From: Elsinoe ampelina
Lineage: Eukaryota
Assembly: GCA_010093995.1 (NCBI GenBank)
Contig: ML992501.1
Span: 1,669,583 to 1,733,582 of the forward strand
Length of the DNA: 64,000 bases
Direction: 5' to 3'
The position numbers and the translations under genes are program-made. Below, piece after piece: positions 26,581 to 40,922 of this stretch. Position 1 is the first letter of the stretch, and every line of letters starts with the position of its first letter. The notes under the pieces are model-generated. The model saw only the letters and a program-made list of their open reading frames with translations. It did not search any database and was not told where the DNA came from.

Positions 26581-28569
26581 ATATCTACTACTAGTTTAAC
26601 CTCGAGCGAATATAGAAGGTCTCTTAGTATAGGGGAAGAATAGAGTAAGCCTAAGCTAGAGGTAGAACTCTTTTATAGAGACTACGCCTACTTAAGGCAC
26701 TTTCTTGTTTAACTTAAAGCCTTCTTTACTCTAGAAGAGAATAAGTATACTAATAACGTAGTAAAGGTTCTCTATGCTAGGATACACCTTAATAGCGCTA
26801 CCTTTAGGTAGTTTAAGCCTTATATAAGTAGCTACCTAGATAGACAACTAAGCCTAGATATAAAGGCTATTTTTAAGAGCTTTAGTATCTTTTAGGCAAA
26901 GATTAAGTAAGTCTTTAACGTATCTAACAAGAAATACATTACTATAACAAAGATCCGATAACTACGACAATATAGGTCTATAGCCTAGTACTATTCCTAG
27001 TTCTAATAGCTCGTAATACACTTAGATTAGGACGATAGTACTAAATATTTAGCATTTTACTAAGGACTAAGCGACTTAGTTAAAGACTAAATAATACTTA
27101 AGCTACCCGATAGCCTTTAGGAACTAGTAGACACTATAATTGCTATTAACAACAGACTTTACAAACGACATATAGAGCGTTATAGAGGATATAAGGCAAA
27201 TACTAGATATATGCGTTTCTCCTAGAACTATAGAGACTCTATAGAACTTAATACTATACGCGAAGGCTACCTCTTATAGGTATAAAGCTATAGCTACGGA
27301 GGAAAGTTCCTTAGTAGAAAAGAGAGAGAGAAGTATAGATAAGAAAACTTATATTTTAAGTATAAAAGACCTAGGTATTAGGCTAGGGACTACCGATAAG
27401 GGGCGCTAGCTGATAGATTATATATAATAGTTGCCGGGCTAGTAGAAAAAAAGGCTAATACTACTATAGAAGACCTAATAACCTTTAGCGTAGGTAAGGA
27501 AATATAGAAGAAGTCTACGACAACTTAAGAGGTAAGAGAATTCTCTCTAGATGTTATACTTAACATCTCTATAACTAATAGCAAATAATAAAGCTAATAT
27601 ATAACGCTATTATAGATAGTATATTATAATAACTCTTATTATATTTACTTATTAGATAAGTAAGGATCTAGTTAGTTTCTATATAAGCTATCTAAGCGTA
27701 GATAGCTAACGAAATAGCTAGATTAGAAACCTAACCTAGAAGAGCTCTCTATAATTAGTAATAACATTAACTAACCTTAGAAGGTAGTTAGTAATAATTA
27801 CTAATATATAATTATTAAGATAAAGTATTAGGACGTAAGTACTATATAACAATATAGTAGCCTTACCTTTAGCTCTTATAGTAAACTATAAGGAAAGGCA
27901 TACTATATATCGCTTTAGAAATATACAAATCTAGATTATAAATAGTACTATACTATTTATTTATATAATATACTTAGAGAAGACACTATTAGTCTTAAAT
28001 ACACTACGGACTTCTTAGTAATTAAAATAGATAGTACTATCCCCTATAGCTAAGTAAGAGAATATACTTAGTGTAGCCTTACTAATTATAACTATACTAG
28101 GGACAGTAGCGATAAGGAGAAATATAACAAAGAATACTCTAAACAACTATAATATAACAATATAGATAAGAACTTATCTAATAACAATAATAATAACATA
28201 CTACTACTAGGTAGACAACTTAAAGTATACCTTATAGGGATATAGAGGAATTATATAATAATATACACCTACTACTAGAATAGGACATAATAAGACAAAT
28301 CTACATAACTTACTTTTGTCTTTAATACTAACGCCTAGCTATACCTAGAGGGAATAGTTATACTAATATAGGTATATAACACTACTTAGTATAACTAGTA
28401 GAGAATTATTAGACTTTATAGTTACTAAGAAACTTAGGCACTAGAAGTTTACCTTACTATATTAAATAGTAACAAAACACGACTTACCTAATAGATATAG
28501 TACTAATAATAGATATATATAGGAAAGGATTAGCTACTTATCTAAGGAGCTATAATAACAAAAAACTAG
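26581..28569 (+). pseudogene. A2 gag (RIP-inactivated, ~662 codons)
   Basis: One frame from ATA (RIPed ATG) at 26581 to TAG at 28567-28569. Internal stops are TAA/TAG explicable as CAA/CAG/TGG. Confidence 0.75.
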
Positions 28570-31500
28570 CTAGTTGTTACCTAATAAGGTAAGATAATAA
28601 CGCTAGCTAAAGCCTTAATATAATAAAGATTTATATATTAAATTACTTTATACTAGAAGTCTAGATATAAGAGAATAAGGTAAGAGTAATAATAGATTTA
28701 GGAGCTAACTATAGCTACGTCTCTATAACAATTACTAACTAGCTTAAACCTTATTAATATTAGAAGGAGTTACCTTACCTACTTACTATAGTAGATAGAA
28801 CTTCTATAGAAAAGAATAGGAAAGTTACTTAGGAACTACGAAATATTATAATCTAAATCGAAACATATATAGAAAAACAATTAATTAATATAGTTAATAT
28901 GTAGTACAATATAGTACTTAGTATAGACTAGCTTTAATAATATAATCTAGACGTAGACTAGATTAAAGAAATACTTAAATTTCCTAAGTGTAATTATAGG
29001 ACGTAGGAAGTATAATTAGCTCTATAGATACTAACTATAAGGACAGTATAGGTATAACTAATAGTTAGAGCTATTACTAGCGTAAGTAATTAAGTACTTC
29101 TACTAGAATATAAAGACTTCGAGGACTTATTTAAAGAAAGAAAAGGCATTATAGCCTTACTCTAATATAAACTATAGAATTACAAAATACCTTTTAAAGA
29201 GAGTAAATCCCCGATATACTATTAAGGTCTTATACTACTATCGAAATAGAAAGAGAATGTCCTTAAGGACTATATCGATAAGTACTTACTTAAAGGATTT
29301 ATATAACTATTAAAATTACCTATTATATATAGAGTACTTTTTATACCTAAAAAGAATAGAATGTTATAAATATATATTAATTACTAGAAACTTAATATAC
29401 TTACTAGGAAGAATCGCTACTCTCTACTAAGGATTAACAAACTTTAAGACTAACTACTTAGAGCTAAATAGTTTACTATAATTAATATTAGGGATGCCTA
29501 TTATTAAGTATAAATAAAGGAGAGTAAGGAGTAGAAAATAGCTTTTAGGACATAATAGAGCTTATATAAGTACCTTGTTATACCCTTTAGGTTAACTAAT
29601 ACTCTTATAACCTTCTAAGAGTTAATTAATAACACTCTATAAGAATACCTTAACGACTTTGTCTTAGTATATTTAGATAATATTATTATCTTCTTAAAGA
29701 TATATAATAAATATATAGGACATATTTATAAAGTACTATAGAAACTAAAAGAAAAAGACTTACTAGTAAAGCTCTTTAAGTATAAGTTTTATAAATATAA
29801 GATATAATTTCTAGACTATATTATATCTACTAATAGTATTAGACCTAATCTAAAGAAGATTAAATTAGTAAATAATTAGCTAGAACCTACTATAGTTAAG
29901 GAGGTTTAAGTACTACTAGAATTCTTTAACTACTATTATAAGTTTATTAAAGGATTCTCTAAGGTAGCTACGCTAATATCTAACCTTATAAAGAAAGAAA
30001 CTAGCTTTATCTTTAACGAAAAATGTAAGTAGGCCTTTAAGGAGCTAAAGCTTAGGCTTATAATAGTACCTATCCTAGTACTCTTCGACCTAGACTAATA
30101 AGCACTACTAGAAATAGATATCTTAGACTTTATAATAGAAGCGTATCTAGCGTAGAAGGATATAGAAGAATAACACTACCTAATCGTATACTACTTATAA
30201 AAGATAACTAGACCTAAACTTAACTATAATATATATAATAAGGAATTACTTACAATAGTAGAAGTATTCTATAAGTAGAGAGTATACCTAGAAGGAATAA
30301 CCTTACCTATATAAGTCTATACTAACTATAAGAACCTTCTATATTAGACAATAACTAAGGTTCTTAATAGATAATAGGTCTAATAGTTAGAAACACTTAT
30401 AAGCTATAACTTCTAGATCTACTATGTTAAGGGATTAGAGAACGGCAGAGTAGACGCTCTTAGCCGCTAGCTAGATTACTTAAAAAACATAATAATAATA
30501 GAGGCCTCTATACTAAAGTAGTAGGATAGCGCTCTAGTCTATAAGTACCTAAAGGTAGAGCAATTATATAGCTTTACCTAGGAGCTTACGTAAGAATAAA
30601 AGAAAGAAGTTATTTAAATATACTATAATAACCTAATAGTAGGACATAGTAGAATCGATAAGACTATTAAACTTATTATATAAAACTACCTTTAGAAAGA
30701 ACTCCGAAATAATATTAAGACATATATTACTATATACGATACATGCTATAAGTCTAAACACTCTCGATATAAACTATATAGCCTACTATAACTCTTACTA
30801 CTACTAGACAAACTATAGTAATTAGTTACGATAGACTTTATAGAACCTCTACCGCTATTAGAAGAATCTCTTATAGGTGTAAAGTATAATAGTATTCTAG
30901 TTCTAGTAGATAGGTTTATAAAGTATTACTACTTTATACTATATAAGATAATAGTAACTACTAAGGATATAGCCTTTACCTTCCTCTAAATAATTGTTTT
31001 ATAACACGAAGTACTATAAGACCTAATAACTAATAGGAATAAGCTATTTACGTTATAATTCTAGTAATTGTTTATAGACCTACTAGGAGTTAAATATAAG
31101 CTATTAATCTCCTTTTATCCGTAGACGAACGGACAAACTAAATAGGCAAATTAAGTACTAGAACAGTACTTATAATACTACCTAAACTATAAGTAAGACT
31201 TATAAGTAATACTATTACTACTCGCGGAGCTTGCTATTAATAATAGAAAGTTAGTAAATAGAATTTTACTATTCTATATAAACTATAGAATATACCTAGA
31301 TCTATACTATAATACACTTAGAATTAAGCTAATATCTAAGGATACTAATATACTAGTAGCTAACATTAAGAAACTATATAACTAGCTATACTATAATATA
31401 GCATTTATATTATAAAGAATAGTAGAGTTTACTAACTAGAAGAGAATTATAGGACTAATTCTATAGAAGAGAGAGAAAGTTTACCTCCTTAGTAAAAACA

Positions 31501-31900
31501 TTAAAACGAAATAACTAAGTAAGAAACTTAACTATACTAAACTAGAATCCTTTAAGATCCTAGAAAAGAAAAATAAAAACATATATAAACTAGAACTACC
31601 TAGGTATATAAAGATCTACCTAGTCTTTTATATATTACTATTAGAGAAAGTACTATAGAATATAGTACCTAGACCTATCGAACTAGATAAAGAAATATAG
31701 AAGCTATAGTATAAGATTAAAAGGGTTTTACATTATAAATTTATAAGGGAAAAACGTTACTATCTTATCTACTAGAAAGAATATTAGTATAGTAAGGTAA
31801 TATAGGAACTAAAGGAATATTTTACATTATAAGTAATTCTAGATTACTAGACTAAAAACCTATCCTAAGTAAACTAACTAGGTAGGCCTAATACTACTAA
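28560..31900 (+). pseudogene. A2 pol (RIP-inactivated; end approximate)
   Basis: De-RIPed AMIDSGAN ~28685, YLDD ~29668, HDKELL ~30233, HD.P.AGH.G..KT ~30620, chromodomain ~31710-31860. Confidence 0.8.
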
Positions 31901-32485
31901 TACTAAACAAAAACGAGAATGCCTAAGGAAGACTACTTAGCTAAAAGAAGTACTCTAATTATTACTAAATAAGGAACTCTAATCGGAGTTAGGTATAAAT
32001 AATTACTAGTCCTATAGTAGGACGGGATTTACTAATAATAGTATTTCCTCCTACTCTAAGACTTAAATATAGGTCTTCTCTAGAGAGATTACTTTCTCTA
32101 CCTTATTCTCTAATTTCTATATCTCTTTATATAAACGAAGCTTATTACCTATAGCTCTTTAATAAGTCTCTTTTACCTTTTTATAAGCTTCTTTAGCTTC
32201 CTTTCTAGTAGCCTTAGCTATAACTAATTCCTTTTATAAACGAATATACTTAGACTATAGATACTACTATTCTAATTTTGTTACCTAAATATTATAACTT
32301 AAGTAGTTACTTACGATATACTAGCTATAGATACCTAACTAAATATAGACCTTATAGTCTAGCCTCTTTAATTTATAACGAGAATAAGCCTATAGTATAT
32401 TAGTTCTAAATAGTTTAATAAACTCTAAGAGATTCTTTCGTATAAATATGCTAGATTTACTATAGCTTTGACGACTAAGAGGCAT
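31900..32485 (-). pseudogene. A2 antisense accessory ORF: Zn(II)2Cys6-like cluster plus coiled coil (3' end approximate)
   Basis: ATG at 32485. Tyr codons spaced x2-x6-x8-x2-x7 (TGY>TAY by RIP), followed by a K/E/A-rich heptad-like stretch. Same ORF in A3. Confidence 0.6.
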
Positions 32486-35400
32486 ATTTAGTATATAGTA
32501 TATAAAGATAAGAAAGAATACTTACTTATTAGGATAACTTAATTAAAGGAGAAGAGTAATATTATAAACTAGTAGGACAGCTAGAACATAGAGACGTTAG
32601 GACTAATTAAACTACTAAGGTTATTATATAACCTAGCCCGACATTTACCTAGTTCTCTATCTTCTCCAGTAGCTCTACCTCTAAAACTATAGAGCGCGTA
32701 GGTTACTAGCGGATATATACTCTATATTGCCCCCGACTCTTACTACGGAGTATATAGAGCATATAGAGAACGTAATAGAAAATACATATATATAGGAATA
32801 GTCCTTACCTTATATAAGTACTATAGTTAACCTCGTCTAGATAGCGAACACTAGTATTACTAAGGCTAGCCTTTATAATACTATCTAATTGTACTTTATT
32901 ATCTATAAGACCTACCTTCTCTAACTCTTACTTTAGTGCTATACTACTATAGAAGTAGAACTACCTCGTTCTTAGCTTAGCTTAGACTACTCGCGTAGGC
33001 TATGTTTAGACAGTTCGTAACAGCTACTTAGCCTAGTAAAGAGGCTATAGTAGCGAGATACTATAGTAGAGACAATACTAAAGCGTCTTAGCGATCCTAA
33101 AGAAAGAGAGACTACTAAGAGAGAGAGCTAGAGACAGTAGAATAATAGCGTCCTACTATTTTAAGATAAAGTCTTTATTCTAGCTATAAAAATGCTAACT
33201 ATAGAGATACTCTATAGGAATTATAATAATCTAATAGTAGGCTACCTCGGAATAGAAAAGACACTCTTTGTACTAAAGTAGAAGTACTATTAGAAGAGTA
33301 TAACAATAGACGTTACTAGATATATAAATTACTATAATAAGTACTAAAGAATAAAGGTTCCTCGATATTAGCCCTATAGTAAAATATAGACTCTAAGATT
33401 ACTCCCTATTAGAGAAGTACTCTAGTATTAGTTAATAGACTTTATTACTAATTTACCTCTAGTAAAGGACTAATAGAGCTCTATTACTAATTTAATTTTA
33501 GTACTAGTAGATAGAGTATCTAAATACGTTAGATATATTCTAGTAAGAAAAGACATAGAGGCCCGAGAGTTAGCTAATATTATAGAGAGAAAGATCCTTA
33601 GTCGCTATAGGTTCCTAAGAAGCTAGATTACTAATAGAGGTACCCTATTTAAGTTTAAATTTTAGACGTTTCTCTACTAGAGATAGAAGGTCTAGAGACG
33701 CCTCTTAATAGCGTTCTACCCTTAAACTAATAGCGCTATAGAGAGGTAGAACTAGATAATTAAATAGTACCTAAGAGTGTTTATTAATTTCTACTAAGAT
33801 AACTAGCTATACTAGCTATATTAGGCCGAGTTTGCCTATAATAGCTCCTATAGCGCATCGCTAGAGGTAAGTCTACTCTACTATATTTATAGAATAGTCC
33901 TATATCTCCCTAACGATGTTAAGGCTAACGCTATAGAGAAGAAGGTAGCTCTATAACTACTAGAAGTACTAGTAGTAGAAGTAAGAGTAAAGGCCCTATA
34001 AGATATAAAAGAAGAACTTAAGTAGTATAGACTTAACGCTATTACGTAGTAGGAGATATACTATAATAAGAAGTACTAGCTAATAAGGTTTAAGAAAGGC
34101 TAAGAAGTTATACTAAGTACTAAGAACCTCTAGTTCTTCTAGCTAAAGAAGAAGCTAGTAGCAAAGTTTATAGGTCTATTTACTATCGCTAAGATAGTAG
34201 GCTACTAAGTATACTAACTTAACCTTCTAGTATATATAAAATTAATCTACTTAACCTTTTATATATCTCTCCTTAAGACTTATTAACGAGGTAATAACGT
34301 TACTCTACTACTAGTAGAGATTAAGAGGAAAGAAGAATATAAGGTTAAAGAGGTAGTTAATAAGAGCCTTATTAGAGATAAGACTTACTATAAGGTACTC
34401 TAGAAAGGCTATCCTAAAGAGGAAGCTAGCTAGGAGCTAATAGAGTATCTATAGAATACTATTAGCAAAATTAAGAACTTTAAGAAGAAGAGCCTTATTC
34501 TAAGTATAATAGCAAAGTAATGCTATATTAAGTAAGAGGCTTATAAGGCTTAAAGAGCTTAAACTTATACTATAGAGAAAGAGAGAGGTAAAGGAATAGT
34601 ATAAGATTAAGATTTAAAAAAGCAAGTCTATATTATAAAAAAGTATAACATTAGCTTAATAATATATCTCTAACGTAATACTAGCGGATTATAAGAGGTC
34701 TATCTTAACTTTATCCTTTAAATCTTTAGGCTTATCTAGCTCTACTAGCTTAAGGATAAAATTACTACGTAGGGACTCTATTATATCTTTATTAGACTTC
34801 TAAATATAAATAGTAGTATTAAAGGCATACTAGGTTAAAATAAGACTCTCGATAAGTAGAGTATAAGAGATATTATACTACTATAGGTTAGCTATTATAG
34901 CAATAATATAGAATAAAAACATATAAAGACATATTTAGTATAGAAGTATTAATAGAGGTAGTAGTAGAGGAAAGTACCTACGTTATTGTTATAAATATAT
35001 TAGGACTAGGCCTACTTATAGTTAAGGTATATAGTAGTCTAGTAGCAAATATAAGGCTTATACTAATAGTAGTATACTAGTATAACATAGTTAGAAGAGG
35101 TCTAGAACTATAGGAACTTAAGCTTAGAGCTCTTACTATAGTTGTAGTTATAGTTACTAGAGGAGTCTCTACCGAATCTAAGATAGTATATCGCCTCTAT
35201 AATAACGTTAGTAATCTCTAGAGACTTAAAGGACATAGTATAGCTAGAGTTATTAATCTAATTAGTAGAGATATAGTAGGTTATAATACTATAGAATTCT
35301 AATATTATAGTATAGAAGTTAAGTAGATAGAGAGAATAAAAGGTCTAAGAAGATTAAGAAGAAAGAAAGAGAAGATAGTATATATATATCACTTCTCTAT

Positions 35401-35710
35401 TATCTAAATAATAATACTCTCCTTAATAATACCTACCTCGATAATAGACTCTTAATAATATAACAATACTTAAGGGAATAATAGGCCTCTAATAAAGGAG
35501 TAAGAGCAATCCGAGAGCTATAGCTCTACTAGGGGCTATAAAATAAAAGACTTAGGTAAAAAGAAGAAGTAGAAAGTAAAAAACTCTATAAACTCTAAAA
35601 GGCAAAATTTATCTCCGATAGCTCTAAGCTATTATATCGACTAAGGAAACTATACTTATACCTAGAAACCTAAAGACTATACTAGTAACTACTCTAACTC
35701 TCTAAATCTC

Positions 35711-36396
35711 TTAAGCTCTACTAGTAGTACTACTAGGGGCTAGCGTAGTAGCGTAGGTAGGAGCCTTCCTAGTAGGCTAGGCACTAATAATTCTTACTAA
35801 TAACTTGTTAGTCTTTTAGCTACTAGTAAGTAAGGTAGTAAAGTCCTTATAGGTTATAGAAGAATTGTTGTTAGAGTCGAATTCTTCTCTCTTTCTCTTC
35901 TTCTTAGTAGAAATGTATTTAGCCTTAAGAGTAGTAATATATTCTACTATTATAGCATAGGCGCTATAAACGCGCTACTTGTTAGAGAGTATAGTAGCTA
36001 AGTACTTATCTTCGTTGTTATAATAGCGAATATAGATAGTCTCGTAGGTAACTCTAGTAGTATTAAGCTTAGTATTATAGCGCTTAGAAAACTAGGAATG
36101 TTAGTATTACTCCGATATAGAATAGACGTCGGACCTATAAAGGCATAGCTATTATAGTAGAGCCTATAAAGCTAGTAGGAGGTATAGTTATTCTACTCCT
36201 TATAGTAGTAAGAGTCGTTAGTAAAGTTAGAGTTATCTAATATTACATATTTAGTAGAGAGCTTAAGGTAGTTAATATAAGAACCCCCCTTAATAAGGAC
36301 AGGGTTAGAGTAACTAGAGAACAATAGCGAAGTATCTTCGCGCTAGATCTAGCTATAGTTAGGTCTACTAGAGGTAGTACTTACTAGAGAAGATAT
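35711..36396 (-). pseudogene. B1 antisense accessory gene (Cys6-like, one intron)
   Basis: Same 686-bp span as the B2 copy. Branch point CTAAC preserved. Confidence 0.62.
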
Positions 36397-39300
36397 ATTA
36401 AAAGAAGGTTCCTAATAGTAGAGAAAGAATAATAAGATATTAGAGAGATACTAGAAGATATTAGTATAGAATATAAGGTAGAGAGTAGAGAGCTATACTT
36501 TAGTAAAAGGGTTTTTAAAAGAAAGAGAAAAGATATTCTAATAAGGAAGAAGCCTTATATATATATTAGAGCGTTCTATTATCTTATTATTATAGATAAT
36601 AGAAGGCTCTTACACTAATTAAGAGAAGAAAGATATAAGAAGAAATAAGATAGCTTACTAATTGTTATTATAGCTAGTATAATAGTAGCTAGGAGACAAG
36701 AGAATAACGTTGTTATATATACTAGGTAAGGCAAATTTATATATAAAGTTAAGTAGGGCTATACTTTATATTCCTTACCTAATGCTAAGACCCTATATAT
36801 AGACCTCTATATATAGCATAACGACGCTCCGAAGGTAGTCTACTCTTTCTCTACTACTAGAGAGTTTTAACAAGGGACTAGCCTAAGGATAGGCCTATAG
36901 AGAAGAAGGTAATTATAATAGGAACTATAAACTTATAGCTAGTAGATAGACGTTAGAGATACGTTATTCTAGCTACGATTCTATATAGTATATATAGTAG
37001 TAGTTCCTAACCTTCTATAGAGAGGTTAGGAATTTATCGTTATATTTATATAGTGTATATCTCTTCTCTATCGCTTCTCTATCTTAGAGACATCGTATCT
37101 ACTCTATCTAGATACTCTATTATAGTAACTCTTGCTCTAAGTTACTATTAGTATCTTCGATCGCTAGTAAGCTAGGAAAGCTTACTATTAACGATATATC
37201 TACTACTAGTTTAACCTCGGGTAAATATAGAAGGTCTATTAGTATAGGCAAGAGACGAGGTAAGCCTAAGGTAGAGGTAGAACCCTTCTATAGGGACTAC
37301 GCCTACCTAAGGCGCTTCCTTATCTAGCTTAAGGCCTTCTTCGCTCTAGAGAGAGATAAGTACGCTAACGATATAGCTAAGGTCCTTTACGCTAGTATAT
37401 AGCTTAAGAGTGCTACCTTTAGGTAGTTTAAACCCTATATAGGAGGCTACTTAGATAGGCAATTAAGTCCTAATACGAAAGCTATCTTTAAAAGCTTTAA
37501 GCTGTTTTAAGCTAAGATTAAGTAAGTCTTTAACGTATTAGACAAGGAACGTGTCGCTATAACGAAGATCTAATAACTATAATAGCGTAGGTCTATAGCC
37601 TAGTACTATTCCTAATTCTAATAACTTATAATATACCTAGATTAGAATAATAGTGCTAAATACTTAGCGTTTTACTAAGGACTAAGCGACTTAGTTAAAG
37701 ACTAAATAATACTTAAGCCGCCTAATAGCCTTTAGGAACTAGTAGACACTATAATTACTATTAATAATAGACTTTACAAACGACATATAGAACGTTATAG
37801 AGGATATAAGGTAAATACTAGATATATATATTCTTCTCGAAACTATAGAGACCCTATAGAACTTAATACTATACGCGAGAGCTGCCTCTTATAGGCGTAA
37901 AGCTATAGCTATAAAGGAATATTCTTTAGTAGAAAAGAGAGAGAGAAGTATAGATAAGATAATTTATATTTTAAGTATAAAAGACCTAGGTATCGGGCTA
38001 GAGACTACTAATAAGAGGCGCTAGCTAATAGATTATATATAATAGTTACTAGGCTAGTAGAGAAAAAGGCTAATACTACTATAGAAGACCTAACGACCTT
38101 TAGCGTAGATAAGGAAATATAGAAGAAGTCTACGACGACTCGAGAGGCAATAGAACTCTCTCTAGGTATTATACTTAATATCTCTATAACTAATAACAAG
38201 AAACGATAAAGCTATTACGCGACGCTATTATAGATAGTATATTATAATAACTCTTATTATATTTATTTATTAGACAAGTAGGGATCTAGTTAGTTTCTAT
38301 ATAAGCTATCTAAGCGTAGGCAACTAACGAAATAGCTAGACTAAGAGTTTAACCTAGAAGAGCTCTCTATAATTAGTAGTAACATTAACTAACCTTAGAA
38401 GGTAGTTAGCAACAATTACTAATATACAATTATCGAAATAGAGTATTAGGACATAAGTACTATATAATAATATAGTAGCCTTACCTTTAGCCCTTATAGT
38501 AAACTATAAAGAAAGGCATATTATATATCGCTCTAGAAATGTATAAATCTAAATTATAAATAGTACTATACTATTTACTTATACGATGTACTTAGAGAAG
38601 ATACTATTAGTCTTAAATATACTATAGACTTCTTAGTAATTAAAATAGATAGTACTATTCCCTATAGCTAAGTACAAGAATATACTTAGTATAGCCTTAC
38701 TAACTATAACTATACTAAGGGCAGTAGTAACGAAGAGAAATATAATAAAGAATACACTAAACAACTATAATGTAATAATATAGATAAGAACTTATCTAAT
38801 AACAACGATATACTACTACTAGGCGAACGACTTAAAGTATACCTTATAGAGATATAGAGGAATTATATAATAATATACACTTACTACTAGAATAGAATAC
38901 AATAAGATAAATCTATATAACTTACTTTTATCTTTAATACTAACGCCTAGCTATACCTAGAGAGAATAGTTATACTAATATAAGTGTATAACACTACTTA
39001 GTATAACTAGTAGAGAATTATTAGACTTTATAGCTACTAAGGGACTTAGGCGCTAGAAGTTTACCTTACTATATTAAATAACAATAAAACACAACTTACC
39101 TAATAGATATAGTACTAATAGTAGATACGTATAGGAAGGGATTAGCTACTTATCTAAGGAGCTATAATAACAAAAAACTAGCTAGTTGTCGCCTAATATA
39201 ATAAAGATAGAATATTAGAGCTAGGAAGACAAGTATATAGGAGTAGAATAGGTATTATACTAGTATACCCTTGATTGTTATAAGACTAATCTCTACTCTA

Positions 39301-40051
39301 TCTATTCTATAGGCGAGAAGTGTTTTATTCTCCTATAGAGAATAGTATCTCTAGAGTAAGCTAGCGTAGTATACTTACTATATTAGTTCTTATAATTATT
39401 TCTCTTCTTCGAGGGGTATACTCTTACGCCTACGAGCCTTAATAAAACCTAGAAAACCTAGTATAGGAGAAAACTAGGAAAGAGTATCTCGCTAGCGCCT
39501 CTTAGACGTAGCATACTCTTCGTACGTATAGTACGCCTATAGTAGCCTATACTATTCTTCGTATACCGAATATAGTAACAATAGTATAATTCTTTATATA
39601 TAAAATGTAGCGCTCTTACGTTATTATCTTTATATATAAGGATCTACCTATTATTATATACTACTACCTATTATTCTCTAGATTAGGCTTAGCTTAGAGC
39701 TAGATATATACCTTTCTCTTCTTCTTCTCTTCTTCTTTTCTCCTTTATAATACTTCCTTTATATAAGTATCTTACTTAACGCTAGCTCTATACTTACGTA
39801 GGTCTAACACTATACTAGTAACCTATTTTAGGTACTATATAGTATAGACTAGACCTTACTAGCCCTTAGGCTAGTAAGGGAGGCTTAGTATATATACTAA
39901 GCCTACGCTACTATAGATCTAGCTATTAGACTTGTCTATTTAGTTATTTATTTACTGACCTAGCGTAGCACCTACGTAGTAATTTCTTTTTCCTTTATTA
40001 TTCTAGCTCTACGCTAGCTTACCTTCTATACGCTTATATACTTTAATAACT

Positions 40052-40922
40052 ATAGCTCCTAAAGTTCCTAAGGAGTAAGTATTATATATAGCACTTACGC
40101 TATGCTAGCGCTAACCTTTTATAGACCTTATAAGAGCGATTTTACTAACTAGAACTAGTACTCTATACTATACTTACGCTACGCTATTACTATTAATAAG
40201 TACCTCTAGCTCGAAGATAGCGTACTCTCTATTAAGGATCCTCTCTACTAGATTACTAAGGCTAAGGCTACCTACTATAATTGTTATAGTTATAGTAATA
40301 GACACTACTACTAGGTATACTCTACGCCTATGCTATACCTACTTTATGCTAACCTTAGTAGCCTACTAAGCTCGACTCTAAGGATTAAGTTACTACTAAG
40401 AAGCTCTAGGACAAATACTTTACTATATATATACTAACCTATAATAACGCTACTACTCCTAAGAAGAACATTATTCTCCTAAAGCGCCGAATTACTACCT
40501 ATACTAACTATATATATAAGAAGGCTAGCGCTAAGCATATATAGAGTAAGTCTAACACTAAGAGTAAGAGTAAGGTAGTTAATAAGAGTAATAGTAATAG
40601 TATAACTTCTTTACGCTATAATAGTACTATTACTATACCCTTTATCTTTAAGGTTAATACTAAGCAGCTAGTAAAGGCGCTATACCTAGGTATAATTAGT
40701 AATACTAGCTTTATACTTAAGGCTTTAGCTAATTATATAAGTCTAGAAGTGCGCCCCTATAACACCTAAGCTATGCTAACTTCCTTATAGGTAGTTACTG
40801 AGAATAAGTAAGCTACTACTACGTAGGCGATTAACAACGCTATAAGGGCGCTAACTAGGCGTATTAACAGTATTAAGGAGAATAATAAGGATAAGAGTAA
40901 GGTAAATAATGTAGATAGTTAA
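40052..40922 (+). pseudogene. C2 antisense accessory gene: Cys6 zinc-cluster-like protein, introns 40075-40124 and 40315-40358
   Basis: Introns GTAAGT...GCTAAC...TAG (50 nt, phase 2) and GTATAC...GCTAAC..TAG (44 nt, phase 0) join three exons in one frame. De-RIPed Cx2Cx21Cx9Cx2Cx6-7C. Confidence 0.65.

Larger units (their letters stand above)
26002..33022 (+). mobile_element. Ty3/Gypsy chromovirus A2, full-length and uninterrupted (7,021 bp), CfT-1/skippy-like organisation
   Basis: 463-bp LTRs at 26002-26464 and 32560-33022, PPT AAAGGAGAAGAG, TSD GCTAC (25997-26001 / 33023-33027; single in B2). Gag with CCHC knuckle and a CYDDSC.IH..DKQGSGWFP motif. Pol order PR-RT-RH-IN-chromodomain. Confidence 0.93.
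6968..37124 (+). mobile_element. Ty3/Gypsy chromovirus B1 (~7.9 kb net; pieces 6968-10692, 25909-26001, 33028-37124)
   Basis: 211-bp LTRs at 6968-7178 and 36914-37124, PPT before the 3' LTR, TSD GTAAC (6963-6967 / 37125-37129). CCHC knuckle ~8280, DSGA protease ~8487, RT ~9470, integrase ~33200-34300, chromodomain ~34340-34490. Confidence 0.92.

Noticed and set aside
38008..38199. 63-aa minus ORF
   Set aside because: Chance stop-free antisense stretch in RIPed A1 gag.
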